From NCBI GenBank assembly GCA_023388555.1, contig JAEWGA010000036.1, forward strand, positions 1 through 62,873: a DNA stretch of 62,873 nt. Direction: 5' to 3'. This document shows, one piece after another, positions 18,075 to 27,623 of the stretch; the first letter of the stretch is position 1, and each line of letters opens with the position of its first letter. A model generated the notes under the pieces. That model was given only the letters and a program-made list of their open reading frames with translations, was not told where the DNA came from and ran no database searches. A program made the translations under genes and the position numbers. Origin of the DNA: Bacteroidota bacterium. Its GTDB lineage: Bacteria; Bacteroidota; Bacteroidia; Bacteroidales; Porphyromonadaceae.

Positions 18075-18575
18075 TTACTTTAGGCCTAACTTAGCACGAA
18101 CTTGAGCAGTGCAATTAATGCCAGTAGCTCCTACATAGTGCATCATTTGTGCATCTAAGATGTAAGCATAGCCATTTTCAGCACCTACTTTGTCAATAGC
18201 ATCTTTCAGTTTCTTTTGAATAGGTGCTATTAGCTCGGCTTGTTTCTTTTGGATGTCCTCGCCAGCAACATTCATAAGGTCTTCAATCCTCTTTTGAATA
18301 TCTTGGATATCTTGTTGCTTCCGAAGTTTAATTGCTTCAATCATAGAGTCTTGCTGAGCCACATACTCTTGATACTTTTTTTGTAGCTCCTGCCTCATGG
18401 TTACGATGGTGTCTTCGTATTTCTTCTTTAACCCATCCAGTTCTGTTTGCATCGCCTTTGTTTCGGGCATGTCTACCATAATTGCTTGTGCATCTACGAT
18501 AGCAATCTTTTGAGGAGCTTGAGCAAATGCTACCATTGGCAGCAGAAGCATTAGGGAGAGGAGTAATTTCTTCAT
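18075..18575 (-). CDS. OmpH/Skp periplasmic chaperone
   Basis: Start MKKLLL; KIAIVDAQAIMVDMPE, AIDKVGAENGYAYILD. Confidence 0.9.
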   Translation of the reverse strand: MKKLLLSLMLLLPMVAFAQAPQKIAIVDAQAIMVDMPETKAMQTELDGLKKKYEDTIVTMRQELQKKYQEYVAQQDSMIEAIKLRKQQDIQDIQKRIEDLMNVAGEDIQKKQAELIAPIQKKLKDAIDKVGAENGYAYILDAQMMHYVGATGINCTAQVRAKLGLK

Positions 18576-18667
18576 TGGTTTTGTTATTTGACAAAAATGA
18601 TATTGAGCATTACAAATACAGTATCCGTTATAGTTTCGGATAACTACTGCGTGCAAATATACTCAGA

Positions 18668-19198
18668 TTAGTTGGAATAACCGAGAACCGAAAGCACATC
18701 GTTAGAAATATCGGCCTCGGGTGCTCCAAATATTATGTTTCCAGCAGTAGCACGGTCAAGAACTACAAGGTAACCTCTTCTTTGCGATATCAGTTTTACT
18801 GCTTCGTATATTTTATCTTGTATTGGTTTTATAAGCTGTTGTTGTAGCTTTAGCATTTCGCCTTGCGGGCCAAAGTATTGTTGCTGGAGCTTACGAGCCT
18901 CTTGTTCGGCGGCTACAATAGCATTTTCGCGTTGCACTTTTGTGTTGTTGTCCAGCTTGGACAGGTCCTTTTGGTATGCACTGTACAGCTCTTGGGCTTT
19001 TGTTTCTAACGCTTTTATCTTTTGGGTCCAAGCCTCGGACTGCTGTTGTAGCTGTTTATTGGCTTTTTGTGCATCGGGTATTTTGCTCATTAAATATTGC
19101 ATGTCGATAAGTGCAAGTTGCTGCAACGACTGACTTTGAGCAGATGCTGCTAACACGGCAGTTAGCAACAAGATAGTATATAAAAATAGTCTTCGCAT
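18668..19198 (-). CDS. OmpH/Skp periplasmic chaperone
   Basis: ALIDMQYLMSKIP, YFGPQGE, PIQDKIYEAVK, DISNDVL. Confidence 0.9.
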   Translation of the reverse strand: MRRLFLYTILLLTAVLAASAQSQSLQQLALIDMQYLMSKIPDAQKANKQLQQQSEAWTQKIKALETKAQELYSAYQKDLSKLDNNTKVQRENAIVAAEQEARKLQQQYFGPQGEMLKLQQQLIKPIQDKIYEAVKLISQRRGYLVVLDRATAGNIIFGAPEADISNDVLSVLGYSN

Positions 19199-19239
19199 GA
19201 TAAAGTGATTATAAGGGGTGAGAAAACATGTTGTAACCT

Positions 19240-22017
19240 TTAGAATTCTTGTCCTAACACAAAGTGGAGGTTGCTACCACCTTTGGAAAGGCGCCCATCG
19301 GGTACATCAAAACCATATCCCCAGTCTATACCCATAAGGCCGAGCATTGGTATCATAATACGTACGCCTAACCCTGCAGAACGCTTGAGTTGTAAGGGAT
19401 TAAAGTCTCGGATTTGAGCCCAGGCGTTACCCGCTTCAACAAATCCTAAAGCCCATATAGTGGTAGAACCTTCAATAATGAGCGGATACCTAAGTTCCAT
19501 GGCTACCTTGGAGTAAGCATAGGCTCCTACACCATTATCGCCACCAAGGCTACCATTTTTGTACCCGCGTAAGCCTACGGTTTCGTTAAGATAGGTGTTG
19601 TAACTGGCGGACATCCCATCACCACCAACATAGAACGTTCCAAAAGGAGAAGGCTTATATGGGTTGTATGAGCCTAAGAAGCCCGACTCGGCACGAGCCA
19701 TAAGCACAGGGGTGCGTTTATAGCGAGTAACATCCAGTAAAGGCAAAAACACCTGGCTTTTCACCTTGATTTTGTAGTACTCTATAAACTTGTTTCTGGC
19801 TTGTACCGATAGCTTAGGATCCGCATAATTCACACCATCGAAAAGAGAATAGGGCGGAGTACTCATTGCTGTTATAGAGAACAGCGAGCCTCTACGTGTA
19901 TAAATAGGATTATCAATAGAGGAACGAGTAAGATCTACGGTGAGGTTAATCTCGTTAGCTATACCATTGTCCATTCCGAAGCTATAGTACATTAAGCTCC
20001 AGTTTTTAAGTTTATATAGTGTATAGTTTAGGCTGGCCTGGAACTGAAAGTTATCATCGGGCCAAGTTAAACGTTTCCCGTAGGAAATACTCCCACCAAA
20101 CATATCTAATGTTTTGTCGGGGTCGTAAGCACTTTCGTACAAACTGGAAGCGTCGTAACCATATCCGTAACCATCGTAACCATATCCGTAGCCGTAACCA
20201 TAACCTCCGTAACCATAACCTCCATAGGGATATCCGCCATATCCATACCCGCCATAGGGGTATCCACCGTAGCCATACCCCCCGTACATTAGCGGGTCGT
20301 AGGCTAAGTCCTGTCTTTGAGAATTGTAAAACTTGGTATTAATTTGGGTTTGGCGCGACATCCAGGCACTTATACTAAACATATTGGGACGTTTGCCGCC
20401 AAACCACGGGTCCATAAACTGGATGCTATAGGATTGGTAGTAACGCCCGTTAGTTTGCCCCGAAAGCGTTAGGGTTTGTCCTTCTCCGGTAGGTAAAAAT
20501 CCTTTATACGACTTGGGATTGAACAAATTTTTAATGGAGAAATTAGTAAACTTCAAGGCTACCCGGCCCAACAATCCTGTTTGCGACCATCCGCCCGAAA
20601 ACTCTATTTGGTCGTTGGATTTGGGCACCAAGTCCCACTCCAAGTCCACTGTACCGCTGTCTTCGTGTGGTATAGGTGTAGGGGTTATTTTTTCTGGGTC
20701 GAAGTGTCCAGTTTGTGCTATCTGACGAATAGAGCGTATCACATAGTCTTTGCTAAAAAGCATTCCTGGTTTGGTGTATAACTCTCTTCGTATAACATCT
20801 TCGTACAAACGGTCGTTACCCCTAATTACCACTTTGTTAATAGTGGCAGGTTTGCCTTCGTGTATACGGATGTCCAATGCCACGGAGTCTCCTTTAACTT
20901 CGGTTTCTACAGGCATCATATAGGCAAAAAGATAGCCGTTATTGGAGTATATGTTGGATAGCGCATCTTCATCGGTGTTCAGGCGGCCTTCCAGTTTCTT
21001 TTGGTCATATACATCACCTGCTTTCATTCCCAGGATACGCTCCAAGTCATCGGTAGAGTATTTTGTATTGCCAACAAACTTTATATCCTTGATATAATAC
21101 TTTTTGCCTTCATTAATGGCAATATCTATATTCACCCGTTTATCATCGTGGCGATATACTGTGTCCGACACTATTTCGGCATCGCGGTAGCCATATTGGT
21201 GATATAGGTCCAGGATATTGTTCAGGTCCGTTTTGTACTCTTTTTGGACGAACTTTTTGGTGCTGAATATTTCCAAGATGCTATTCCAAAAATGTCGTGT
21301 TAAAGAAAACTCTTCATTGGTTTTCTTCATGGCTTTTTTCAGCTGTACGTCGGAAAGGTTCTTATTGCCTTTGAAATTGATAGCGTAAATTTTTGTTTTG
21401 GTATTTTTTTCTACATCCAAATTCAAAATAACGTATCCTTCTCGCTGAGGGTCGTCCACTTCTCGGGAGGAAACAAATACGTTGCTATACCCTTTCTCAT
21501 CAAAAAACTTAGTAACAATATTTTTTGCCCTATCCACCAAAAACGGTGTTATTTGCGTTCCTTGCTGTAAGGAGGCAAGTTGGTTGGTTAGCAAGCTTTC
21601 GTTTTCGGACTTGGAAACACCGTTAATATATAACTTGGAGAGCCTGGCACGCTCGGTGATATTAATAACAAGCCATACGCTATCGCCTTGTATTTTGGAG
21701 GCTTCTATACTCACATCCGAGAAAAGCCCGTGCCTTAGGTAACTTTTTACGGCATCTGTAATGGCATCGCCCGGAATATCTACTCGTTGACCAACCTGCA
21801 AGCCCGATACGCTAATAACAATAGGCGCCTCGTAGCTTTTATTACCACGCACTTCAATGCCTGCAATAACTTTGTTAACGGGGTGATTGTAGGAGATATT
21901 GGGGGGAACAGTATCGGTTTGTGCTAAGGCTGTTGTAAAACAGGTGAAGCCACAGCAAATAAAACACAAATACAATGCTGTTATTTTAAGGGTATGAAAT
22001 GGTTTGTTCGTTTTCAT
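19240..22017 (-). CDS. bamA: Outer membrane protein assembly factor BamA
   Basis: POTRA repeats, LRGY motif, GIDWGYGFD, C-terminal LGQEF. Confidence 0.95.
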   Translation of the reverse strand: MKTNKPFHTLKITALYLCFICCGFTCFTTALAQTDTVPPNISYNHPVNKVIAGIEVRGNKSYEAPIVISVSGLQVGQRVDIPGDAITDAVKSYLRHGLFSDVSIEASKIQGDSVWLVINITERARLSKLYINGVSKSENESLLTNQLASLQQGTQITPFLVDRAKNIVTKFFDEKGYSNVFVSSREVDDPQREGYVILNLDVEKNTKTKIYAINFKGNKNLSDVQLKKAMKKTNEEFSLTRHFWNSILEIFSTKKFVQKEYKTDLNNILDLYHQYGYRDAEIVSDTVYRHDDKRVNIDIAINEGKKYYIKDIKFVGNTKYSTDDLERILGMKAGDVYDQKKLEGRLNTDEDALSNIYSNNGYLFAYMMPVETEVKGDSVALDIRIHEGKPATINKVVIRGNDRLYEDVIRRELYTKPGMLFSKDYVIRSIRQIAQTGHFDPEKITPTPIPHEDSGTVDLEWDLVPKSNDQIEFSGGWSQTGLLGRVALKFTNFSIKNLFNPKSYKGFLPTGEGQTLTLSGQTNGRYYQSYSIQFMDPWFGGKRPNMFSISAWMSRQTQINTKFYNSQRQDLAYDPLMYGGYGYGGYPYGGYGYGGYPYGGYGYGGYGYGYGYGYDGYGYGYDASSLYESAYDPDKTLDMFGGSISYGKRLTWPDDNFQFQASLNYTLYKLKNWSLMYYSFGMDNGIANEINLTVDLTRSSIDNPIYTRRGSLFSITAMSTPPYSLFDGVNYADPKLSVQARNKFIEYYKIKVKSQVFLPLLDVTRYKRTPVLMARAESGFLGSYNPYKPSPFGTFYVGGDGMSASYNTYLNETVGLRGYKNGSLGGDNGVGAYAYSKVAMELRYPLIIEGSTTIWALGFVEAGNAWAQIRDFNPLQLKRSAGLGVRIMIPMLGLMGIDWGYGFDVPDGRLSKGGSNLHFVLGQEF

Positions 22018-22020
22018 TGG

Positions 22021-22827
22021 CTATTCGGAGTCTCTGGGTGGGACTTCGTTAATGGATCTATTTGGAGTACTACTACGGTTAACGGAGGCATCCTGTACTT
22101 GGGACACTTGCTCTCCTGTTTTACCGTATCGGCGTTGTCTTTGCTGAAAATCACAGAGTGCTTCACAAAGCGTATTATGGTTAAAGTCGGGCCAACAAAT
22201 GGGGGTAAAGTACAGCTCGGCATAAGCACTTTGCCATAATAAGAAGTTGCTAAGGCGGTACTCGCCTCCTGTTCGTATAATTAAGTCGGGGTCTGGTATA
22301 TCACAAGTATATAAGTGTTGGGCCAGGTCTTTTTCCGTCCACTCTTGTGGCGCGTTGGTTTGTTGTGCCAGTTTTTTGCAGGCTTGTACAATTTCCTCCT
22401 TCGCCGAGTAGCTCAGAGCCAGCACCAACGTAAGTTTTGAATTATGAGCTGTTTGCTTAACAACTGTTTGTAGTGTGTTTTGTACATCCAAAGGCAAATG
22501 GCTCAAGTTTCCTATGGCCTGTAAACGAATACCTTGTTTTTGTAGTTGCGGCAATTCGTTTACCATGGAATAGCCCAAAAGGTGCATTAGAGTACTTACC
22601 TCTTGTTGGGGACGGTTCCAATTTTCTTCGGAAAAGGTGTAGAGAGTTAGGTATTCTATACCCAACTGGCATGCGCTTTCAACAACCCGGCGTACAGCCT
22701 CAACCCCCTTTGTATGACCATATGTACGAGGCTGGCCATGGAGCTGGGCCCATCTGCCGTTACCGTCCATAATCACAGCAACATGTTTGGGTATATTGTT
22801 ATGGTCCAATAAGGATGACGCGTTCAT
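22021..22827 (-). CDS. uppS: Undecaprenyl diphosphate synthase
   Basis: HVAVIMDGNGRWA, FSEENWNRP, PDLIIRTGGEYRLSNFLLWQ. Confidence 0.95.
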   Translation of the reverse strand: MNASSLLDHNNIPKHVAVIMDGNGRWAQLHGQPRTYGHTKGVEAVRRVVESACQLGIEYLTLYTFSEENWNRPQQEVSTLMHLLGYSMVNELPQLQKQGIRLQAIGNLSHLPLDVQNTLQTVVKQTAHNSKLTLVLALSYSAKEEIVQACKKLAQQTNAPQEWTEKDLAQHLYTCDIPDPDLIIRTGGEYRLSNFLLWQSAYAELYFTPICWPDFNHNTLCEALCDFQQRQRRYGKTGEQVSQVQDASVNRSSTPNRSINEVPPRDSE

Positions 22828-22874
22828 ATCTTTACTTTGTATAGTATATATGTGGGCGTAAAGGCTTTAAATGC

Positions 22875-24257
22875 TTATTGTCGAATATCGTTAATAATAC
22901 CACCTTTTTTGTCCTGAAAACCTTTCCACACCTCTGTCGAGGCTTTTCCACCTACTGTACCACCTACAATGTAAATAACCTCTTCCTGGTTGGTGTCGTT
23001 AAGTATAAGCCCCGAAGCCCCCATGCGTGGTGCAAAGTCTTTTCCTGGCTCTTGTTCTTTAGTTAAAGTAGTCCAGCTGATGCCTTTGTCGTTACTTATA
23101 TACATGGCGCTACTTTCTTTTCCAGCATATTTTCCACCTATCATATATAAGGTATTTCCTTTGGTTAGGTACAAGGCACCTTCTGTAGCGGTTTGTATTT
23201 CGCCCCGGTAAGGCATTTTTGCCCAATGGTCACCATCGGAAGTGAAGAAGAGGTTACGCACAGCTTCCCCTTTGGCATTTTGTCCACCCACAATATTTGC
23301 CTTGATAATGCCGGCTACTGCTGTGGTAAATACGTAGGCGTTTCGCACAGGGAACTCTTCGCTTAACTCTGTACCTTTATGTGTTTCGCCATTGCTAATG
23401 GTGCATGCAAAATAATGTTGTGGTGCCGAGGGGGCGTATCCTATAGCTTTCCATTCCACTGGGGCATTGGCTGTTTGGGTTGCATCGTATGCCAACGTAG
23501 ATATTCGGATATCGCCAGTATTTATTTTCTCCCATGAGGAAAGGTCGGCAGTTGACCGGTACACTTCGTCTTGGTCCGATAGTCCCCAAACGCCCTCATT
23601 ATGGTCCAACACAATACTTTGTAGCCTAAGGGGTGGCAGGTTACTGCTCTTAAGGGTTAATTGTAAAGTGGCAGGGTTTGTAACCTCGTAAAGGTCTACT
23701 TGTTGCTGGTTACGAGCCAACCAATAGGTTTTCCCTTTAGTTGTCACAAAACGAGCCTCGGTGCTGGGCGGAACTTTTATTTCCTGTTTTAACCAAGTGA
23801 GCTTATTAGGGTTGTATCCATAAATTTGGAGGCGTATCTTGTAGTTTAATGTTTTTACTTTTTCGCCGTTCCGTTGCACCGTTAATTGTAGCTTGCCTCC
23901 AGAGACATCCCATTTTGCGGTATCGGTAACAAGCCATTGCCGAGATTTATTTGTGGTTTCGTTGGTAATGGTTGTTGTACATTCGCTGGAAAGGCGGATA
24001 CGCAAATATGCCGAATCCAACTTTGTGCCGTAAGGCAGGTACTGGGTGTTGTATATTAATCCGTTAAGGTGATCAATGCTCATAGCCATGGTAGGCGTAG
24101 CACTTCCTTTGGGGAACACAACCTGAAAGGAGGCTGGTTGCAGTAGGTCTGTATATACTTGGGGCTGAGGCACCTGAGGCGTTTCTTTGCAAGAAATAAA
24201 GAACAGGGTACCAACAGCCAAGAATAGGCTAAGGGGTAAAAGTAACTTCAAGTTCAT
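22875..24257 (-). CDS. DUF6242-like lipoprotein with C-terminal beta-propeller, first gene of the bamA operon
   Basis: Lipobox FFISC; IDHLNGLIYN..LPYGT motif; kelch-like GG repeats; position upstream of uppS-bamA. Confidence 0.75.
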   Translation of the reverse strand: MNLKLLLPLSLFLAVGTLFFISCKETPQVPQPQVYTDLLQPASFQVVFPKGSATPTMAMSIDHLNGLIYNTQYLPYGTKLDSAYLRIRLSSECTTTITNETTNKSRQWLVTDTAKWDVSGGKLQLTVQRNGEKVKTLNYKIRLQIYGYNPNKLTWLKQEIKVPPSTEARFVTTKGKTYWLARNQQQVDLYEVTNPATLQLTLKSSNLPPLRLQSIVLDHNEGVWGLSDQDEVYRSTADLSSWEKINTGDIRISTLAYDATQTANAPVEWKAIGYAPSAPQHYFACTISNGETHKGTELSEEFPVRNAYVFTTAVAGIIKANIVGGQNAKGEAVRNLFFTSDGDHWAKMPYRGEIQTATEGALYLTKGNTLYMIGGKYAGKESSAMYISNDKGISWTTLTKEQEPGKDFAPRMGASGLILNDTNQEEVIYIVGGTVGGKASTEVWKGFQDKKGGIINDIRQ

Positions 24258-24284
24258 AACGCTATGTATTACGCAATAGTCCTA

Positions 24285-24292
24285 CAAATGTA
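24285..24292 (-). promoter_or_regulatory. Bacteroidota -7 promoter element
   Basis: TACATTTG on the minus strand, 27 nt upstream of the operon start. Confidence 0.55.
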
Positions 24293-24437
24293 CACTTTTT
24301 CATTGGTCTAATAGGTATATTATGAGTAAACATAGGTCTCAATGAGAGGATACACTTGTTCCGCACTTGGCAATAACCGAGGATGTAGAAACAAAAAAAA
24401 CACCTACCAAGGATTTTCCTCAATAGGTGTTAATTTG

Positions 24438-24512
24438 TCGGGATGACTGGATTCGAACCAGCGACCACTCGCCCCCCAGACGAGTACTCTAACCGGGCTG
24501 AGCTACATCCCG
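24438..24512 (-). tRNA. tRNA-Pro(GGG)
   Basis: Reverse complement cgggatgtagctcagcccggttagagtactcgtctGGGgggcgagtggtcgctggttcgaatccagtcatcccga folds as a cloverleaf with a GTTCGAATC T-loop. Confidence 0.95.
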
Positions 24513-24528
24513 AACTCGTTTTGCTCTG

Positions 24529-24558
24529 CAAAGATACTACTTTTTTTTATTCTGCAAA
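24529..24558 (-). promoter_or_regulatory. tRNA promoter (-33 TTTG / -7 TATCTTTG)
   Basis: caaagata at 24529-24536 and caaa at 24555-24558. Confidence 0.6.
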
Positions 24559-24624
24559 GTATGGGTTAGTAAAGTATACGCGCCTACTACTCCTCCATAC
24601 AGCTGTAAATCAGCTTAAATCCTT

Positions 24625-24632
24625 TATATTTG
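24625..24632 (+). promoter_or_regulatory. Bacteroidota -7 promoter element
   Basis: TATATTTG upstream of the GT2 gene. Confidence 0.5.
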
Positions 24633-24678
24633 CTACCTTAAAACAGCAGAATTATCCCATCCAATACCCCTATACAAC

Positions 24679-25431
24679 GTGTTAGAAACTTTTACCAACA
24701 CAGTGTTATGCTTAGTTATACCAGCCTACAACCCACACGACAATTGGTCCGAACGTCTGGTAAACTTTGTGAAGAAATTAGAGGATAGCTATCCACACCT
24801 TACAATAGCTTTGGTTATCTGCACCGATGGCTCAGAACACGGACATGATAGGGAAAGCGAAGCCTATATATCCGGTGCTATCCCTCATACCACCTACATA
24901 CATAGGGATATAAACAGAGGGAAAGGGTACTCTGTACGCGAAGGCATCACAGTGGCCACCAAACTCTACCCAACACCACTTTTATTGGTTACCGACTGGG
25001 ATTTACCATTCAACTACCAAACCTATATCCAAACCGTAAATGCTCTCCTTAATGGCGCTACAATAGTTGTTCCGCAACGAGATGAAAGTTACACGCATGT
25101 GCTATCTGTTCAGCGCTATTTTTGCTCGTTAGCCTCTAAATTCGTTAATAAGACGCTGCTTGGACTACCATTAACCGATACCCAAGGAGGCCTTAAAGGC
25201 ATTAGCCCCAACGGTGTCGATGCCATACTAAACACCCACATTAACACGTTCTTATATGACACCGAGTTTATAATAAACGCTGTTCGCCTTGGCATTCCCC
25301 TATCTTCGATACCAGCCCACATGCGCAATGGGATTACTGTAGGAACAATGAAATACCGCACTTTATGGAACGAACTAAAGAATCTTTCCCATCTTCTAAA
25401 AAGAAGGTGGTTCTCCTCAGCTTCGATGTAG
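24679..25431 (+). CDS. Glycosyltransferase family 2 (Dol-P-glycosyltransferase-like)
   Basis: VIPAYN, DGS, NRGKGYSVREG, DWD, DTQGGLKG. Confidence 0.85.
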   Translation: MLETFTNTVLCLVIPAYNPHDNWSERLVNFVKKLEDSYPHLTIALVICTDGSEHGHDRESEAYISGAIPHTTYIHRDINRGKGYSVREGITVATKLYPTPLLLVTDWDLPFNYQTYIQTVNALLNGATIVVPQRDESYTHVLSVQRYFCSLASKFVNKTLLGLPLTDTQGGLKGISPNGVDAILNTHINTFLYDTEFIINAVRLGIPLSSIPAHMRNGITVGTMKYRTLWNELKNLSHLLKRRWFSSASM

Positions 25432-26189
25432 AGGAGTGTGATATCCCGTGCGAATACGGAACGGACTTAACACTATCGGAGCAACTATCCCTAACAGATG
25501 AGGGACTGGAGAATTTACTCTCTGTCATAGAAGCAGAAGGCGCCTCTCCTACTTTCTACACCACAGCCACGTATGCGCTACACGCCCCTGCAATGGTACA
25601 AAAACTGAGTATGCTGGGCGAGGTGGCTTCGCACGGTTATTACCATACAGGATGGGAAGAGAGCCACTTAACGGAGTCGGTACAAGTATTAGAAAACATA
25701 ACAGGTAAGGCGGTCCAAGGCTTCAGAATGCCCCGTATGGCTAACATCCCACCACAGGTATTACAGGATTGCGGGATTTCATACAATGCCTCCTCTAATC
25801 CAACGTGGATACCGGGTAGGTACTGCGCCTTAACCTCCCCTCGGCGCCCGCACATAGCAAATGGGATTACCCAAGTACCAGCCTCGGTAACTCCAATAAT
25901 TCGTTTCCCGTTGTTTTGGATTAGTGCTCATGTACTTCCCCTATCCTGGTACTGGTTTTTAGTGCGTAAAACCTTGCAACACGATGGCTACATACACTTA
26001 TACTTTCACCCGTGGGAGTTCAACAACGCCCTACAAGGGAAAGAGTATGGACTACCCAAATATTTACGCTCGCGCTGTGGGGAGCCTATGGTAAACATAC
26101 TTCGTTACTTGATTCGGCAACTACACCAACAAGGCTGTATATTCCAAACAACGTTTAACTTCTTGCAGCACTATGAATTCGGGAAATAA
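25365..26189 (+). CDS. Polysaccharide deacetylase family protein
   Basis: LSFDVEE, EVASHGYYH, GFRMPR, LYFHPWEF; start uncertain. Confidence 0.85.
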   Translation: MERTKESFPSSKKKVVLLSFDVEECDIPCEYGTDLTLSEQLSLTDEGLENLLSVIEAEGASPTFYTTATYALHAPAMVQKLSMLGEVASHGYYHTGWEESHLTESVQVLENITGKAVQGFRMPRMANIPPQVLQDCGISYNASSNPTWIPGRYCALTSPRRPHIANGITQVPASVTPIIRFPLFWISAHVLPLSWYWFLVRKTLQHDGYIHLYFHPWEFNNALQGKEYGLPKYLRSRCGEPMVNILRYLIRQLHQQGCIFQTTFNFLQHYEFGK

Positions 26190-27402
26190 TACCTTATGGG
26201 ATAGGTTTGTAAACTGGGCCTCTAAGCCTAAAGTTTATACTGCATTATGGTTTTTAGTATGTTTTGCAGCCTCCATAGCCAAATGCGCCCCCAAGCTACA
26301 TAATAACTTCTTGATATTTCGCGCCTCTTTTTGGCACCTAGTACAACAACAAAACCTATATGTACCATACCCAGCAGAGTACAACGACCTATTCTTATAC
26401 GGTCCCCCATTCACCTTGCTAATAGCACCTTTTGCAGTACTACCCGAAATCGTAGGGCTATTTGCTTGGAACATAGCTTTAGGGGCTATCTTATATGGCG
26501 CTATATTGGTACTGGAAAGAGAACATACAAAACGAGCATTTATTTTCTTTGTATCGGCTCACGAACTGCTGCTGGCTTTATTTATGCAGCAATTTAACGT
26601 TGCCATTTGTGCATTGCTTATCCTTTGTTTTGTAGCTATTCGTAACCAAAAAGAAGGTTGGGCGGCCTTTTTCCTGGTGTTGGGTACCATAACGAAAGTA
26701 TACGGGATAGTTGGGTTAGCCTTCTTCCCGCTCATAACCCGAAAAAAGAAATTCATTGGACACTCATTATTCTGGGCTATACTTCTGCTATTAGCACCAG
26801 CCTTAATTAGCAGTACAAGCTATGTGGTAGAGCAGTACCATAACTGGATTGGCGTTTTACCTGCCAAAAACGAAGCGAATATGTTTTCCTTAGCCCAAAA
26901 TATATCCTTGCTTGGTATTGTCAGGAAAATAACTCACAGCCCTAATTACTCCGACCTATGGATAATAACACCTATGGTTTCCCTTTTGGGGTTGGCGTTA
27001 CTCCGCCGAAGCTGCTACAAAATAACCCAATACCAGATGCTGTTATTAGCACAGGTATTGCTATATGTTGTTATCCTTAGCAGCGGGAGCGAAAGCTCTG
27101 GGTATATCACCGCCATGGTGGGTATTGCTATATGGTTTATGTATAGCAGGAAGGTAGTACCAAACAAGTTGCTTACAGGCTTACTTGTAGCAGCTATTAT
27201 ACTAACAAGCTTCTCGCATAGCGATTTAATGCCGGCCTACCTACAAAACACCTGGATAAAACCTTATGCCTTAAAAGCCTTAGTGCCATCGGTAATTGCT
27301 TTGCTAAATGGCATATACCTATTGCGCTACCCTTTCTTGCAACAAGAAAGCAACCCCAAAACGCAAGAGAAAGAAGTGGACACAATAGCAAACAAAAGCT
27401 AA
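26173..27402 (+). CDS. GT87/DUF2029 membrane glycosyltransferase
   Basis: NNFLIFR, YNDLFLYGPPF, QQFN, KVYGIVGLAFF; multiple TM helices. Confidence 0.85.
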   Translation: MNSGNNTLWDRFVNWASKPKVYTALWFLVCFAASIAKCAPKLHNNFLIFRASFWHLVQQQNLYVPYPAEYNDLFLYGPPFTLLIAPFAVLPEIVGLFAWNIALGAILYGAILVLEREHTKRAFIFFVSAHELLLALFMQQFNVAICALLILCFVAIRNQKEGWAAFFLVLGTITKVYGIVGLAFFPLITRKKKFIGHSLFWAILLLLAPALISSTSYVVEQYHNWIGVLPAKNEANMFSLAQNISLLGIVRKITHSPNYSDLWIITPMVSLLGLALLRRSCYKITQYQMLLLAQVLLYVVILSSGSESSGYITAMVGIAIWFMYSRKVVPNKLLTGLLVAAIILTSFSHSDLMPAYLQNTWIKPYALKALVPSVIALLNGIYLLRYPFLQQESNPKTQEKEVDTIANKS

Positions 27403-27563
27403 CAACACCAGTACATAGGCACGGAATGTATTGGGGAGGAACATTTACAAAACTGGTTGGAATACGGAAACACCCTAGGGGAGCATCTTCTTAGGAATCC
27501 GTTCTGAAGCACTTTGGCAAGCAAGAAACATTAAATTCTACACGCTCGGCACAAATACATAAA

Positions 27564-27600
27564 AAACTGGACCAAGAGGATGCACCTCTTAGTCCAGTTT
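27564..27600. terminator. Terminator between convergent genes
   Basis: aaactggaccaagagg-atgca-cctcttagtccagttt. Confidence 0.7.
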
Positions 27601-27623
27601 ACAAGTGGGGTAATCCCAAGGGG

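Noticed and set aside
24438..24512. tRNA-Pro as an integration site for an island
   Set aside because: No duplicated tRNA 3' end or integrase was seen; the gene beyond its 3' end begins the core bamA operon.
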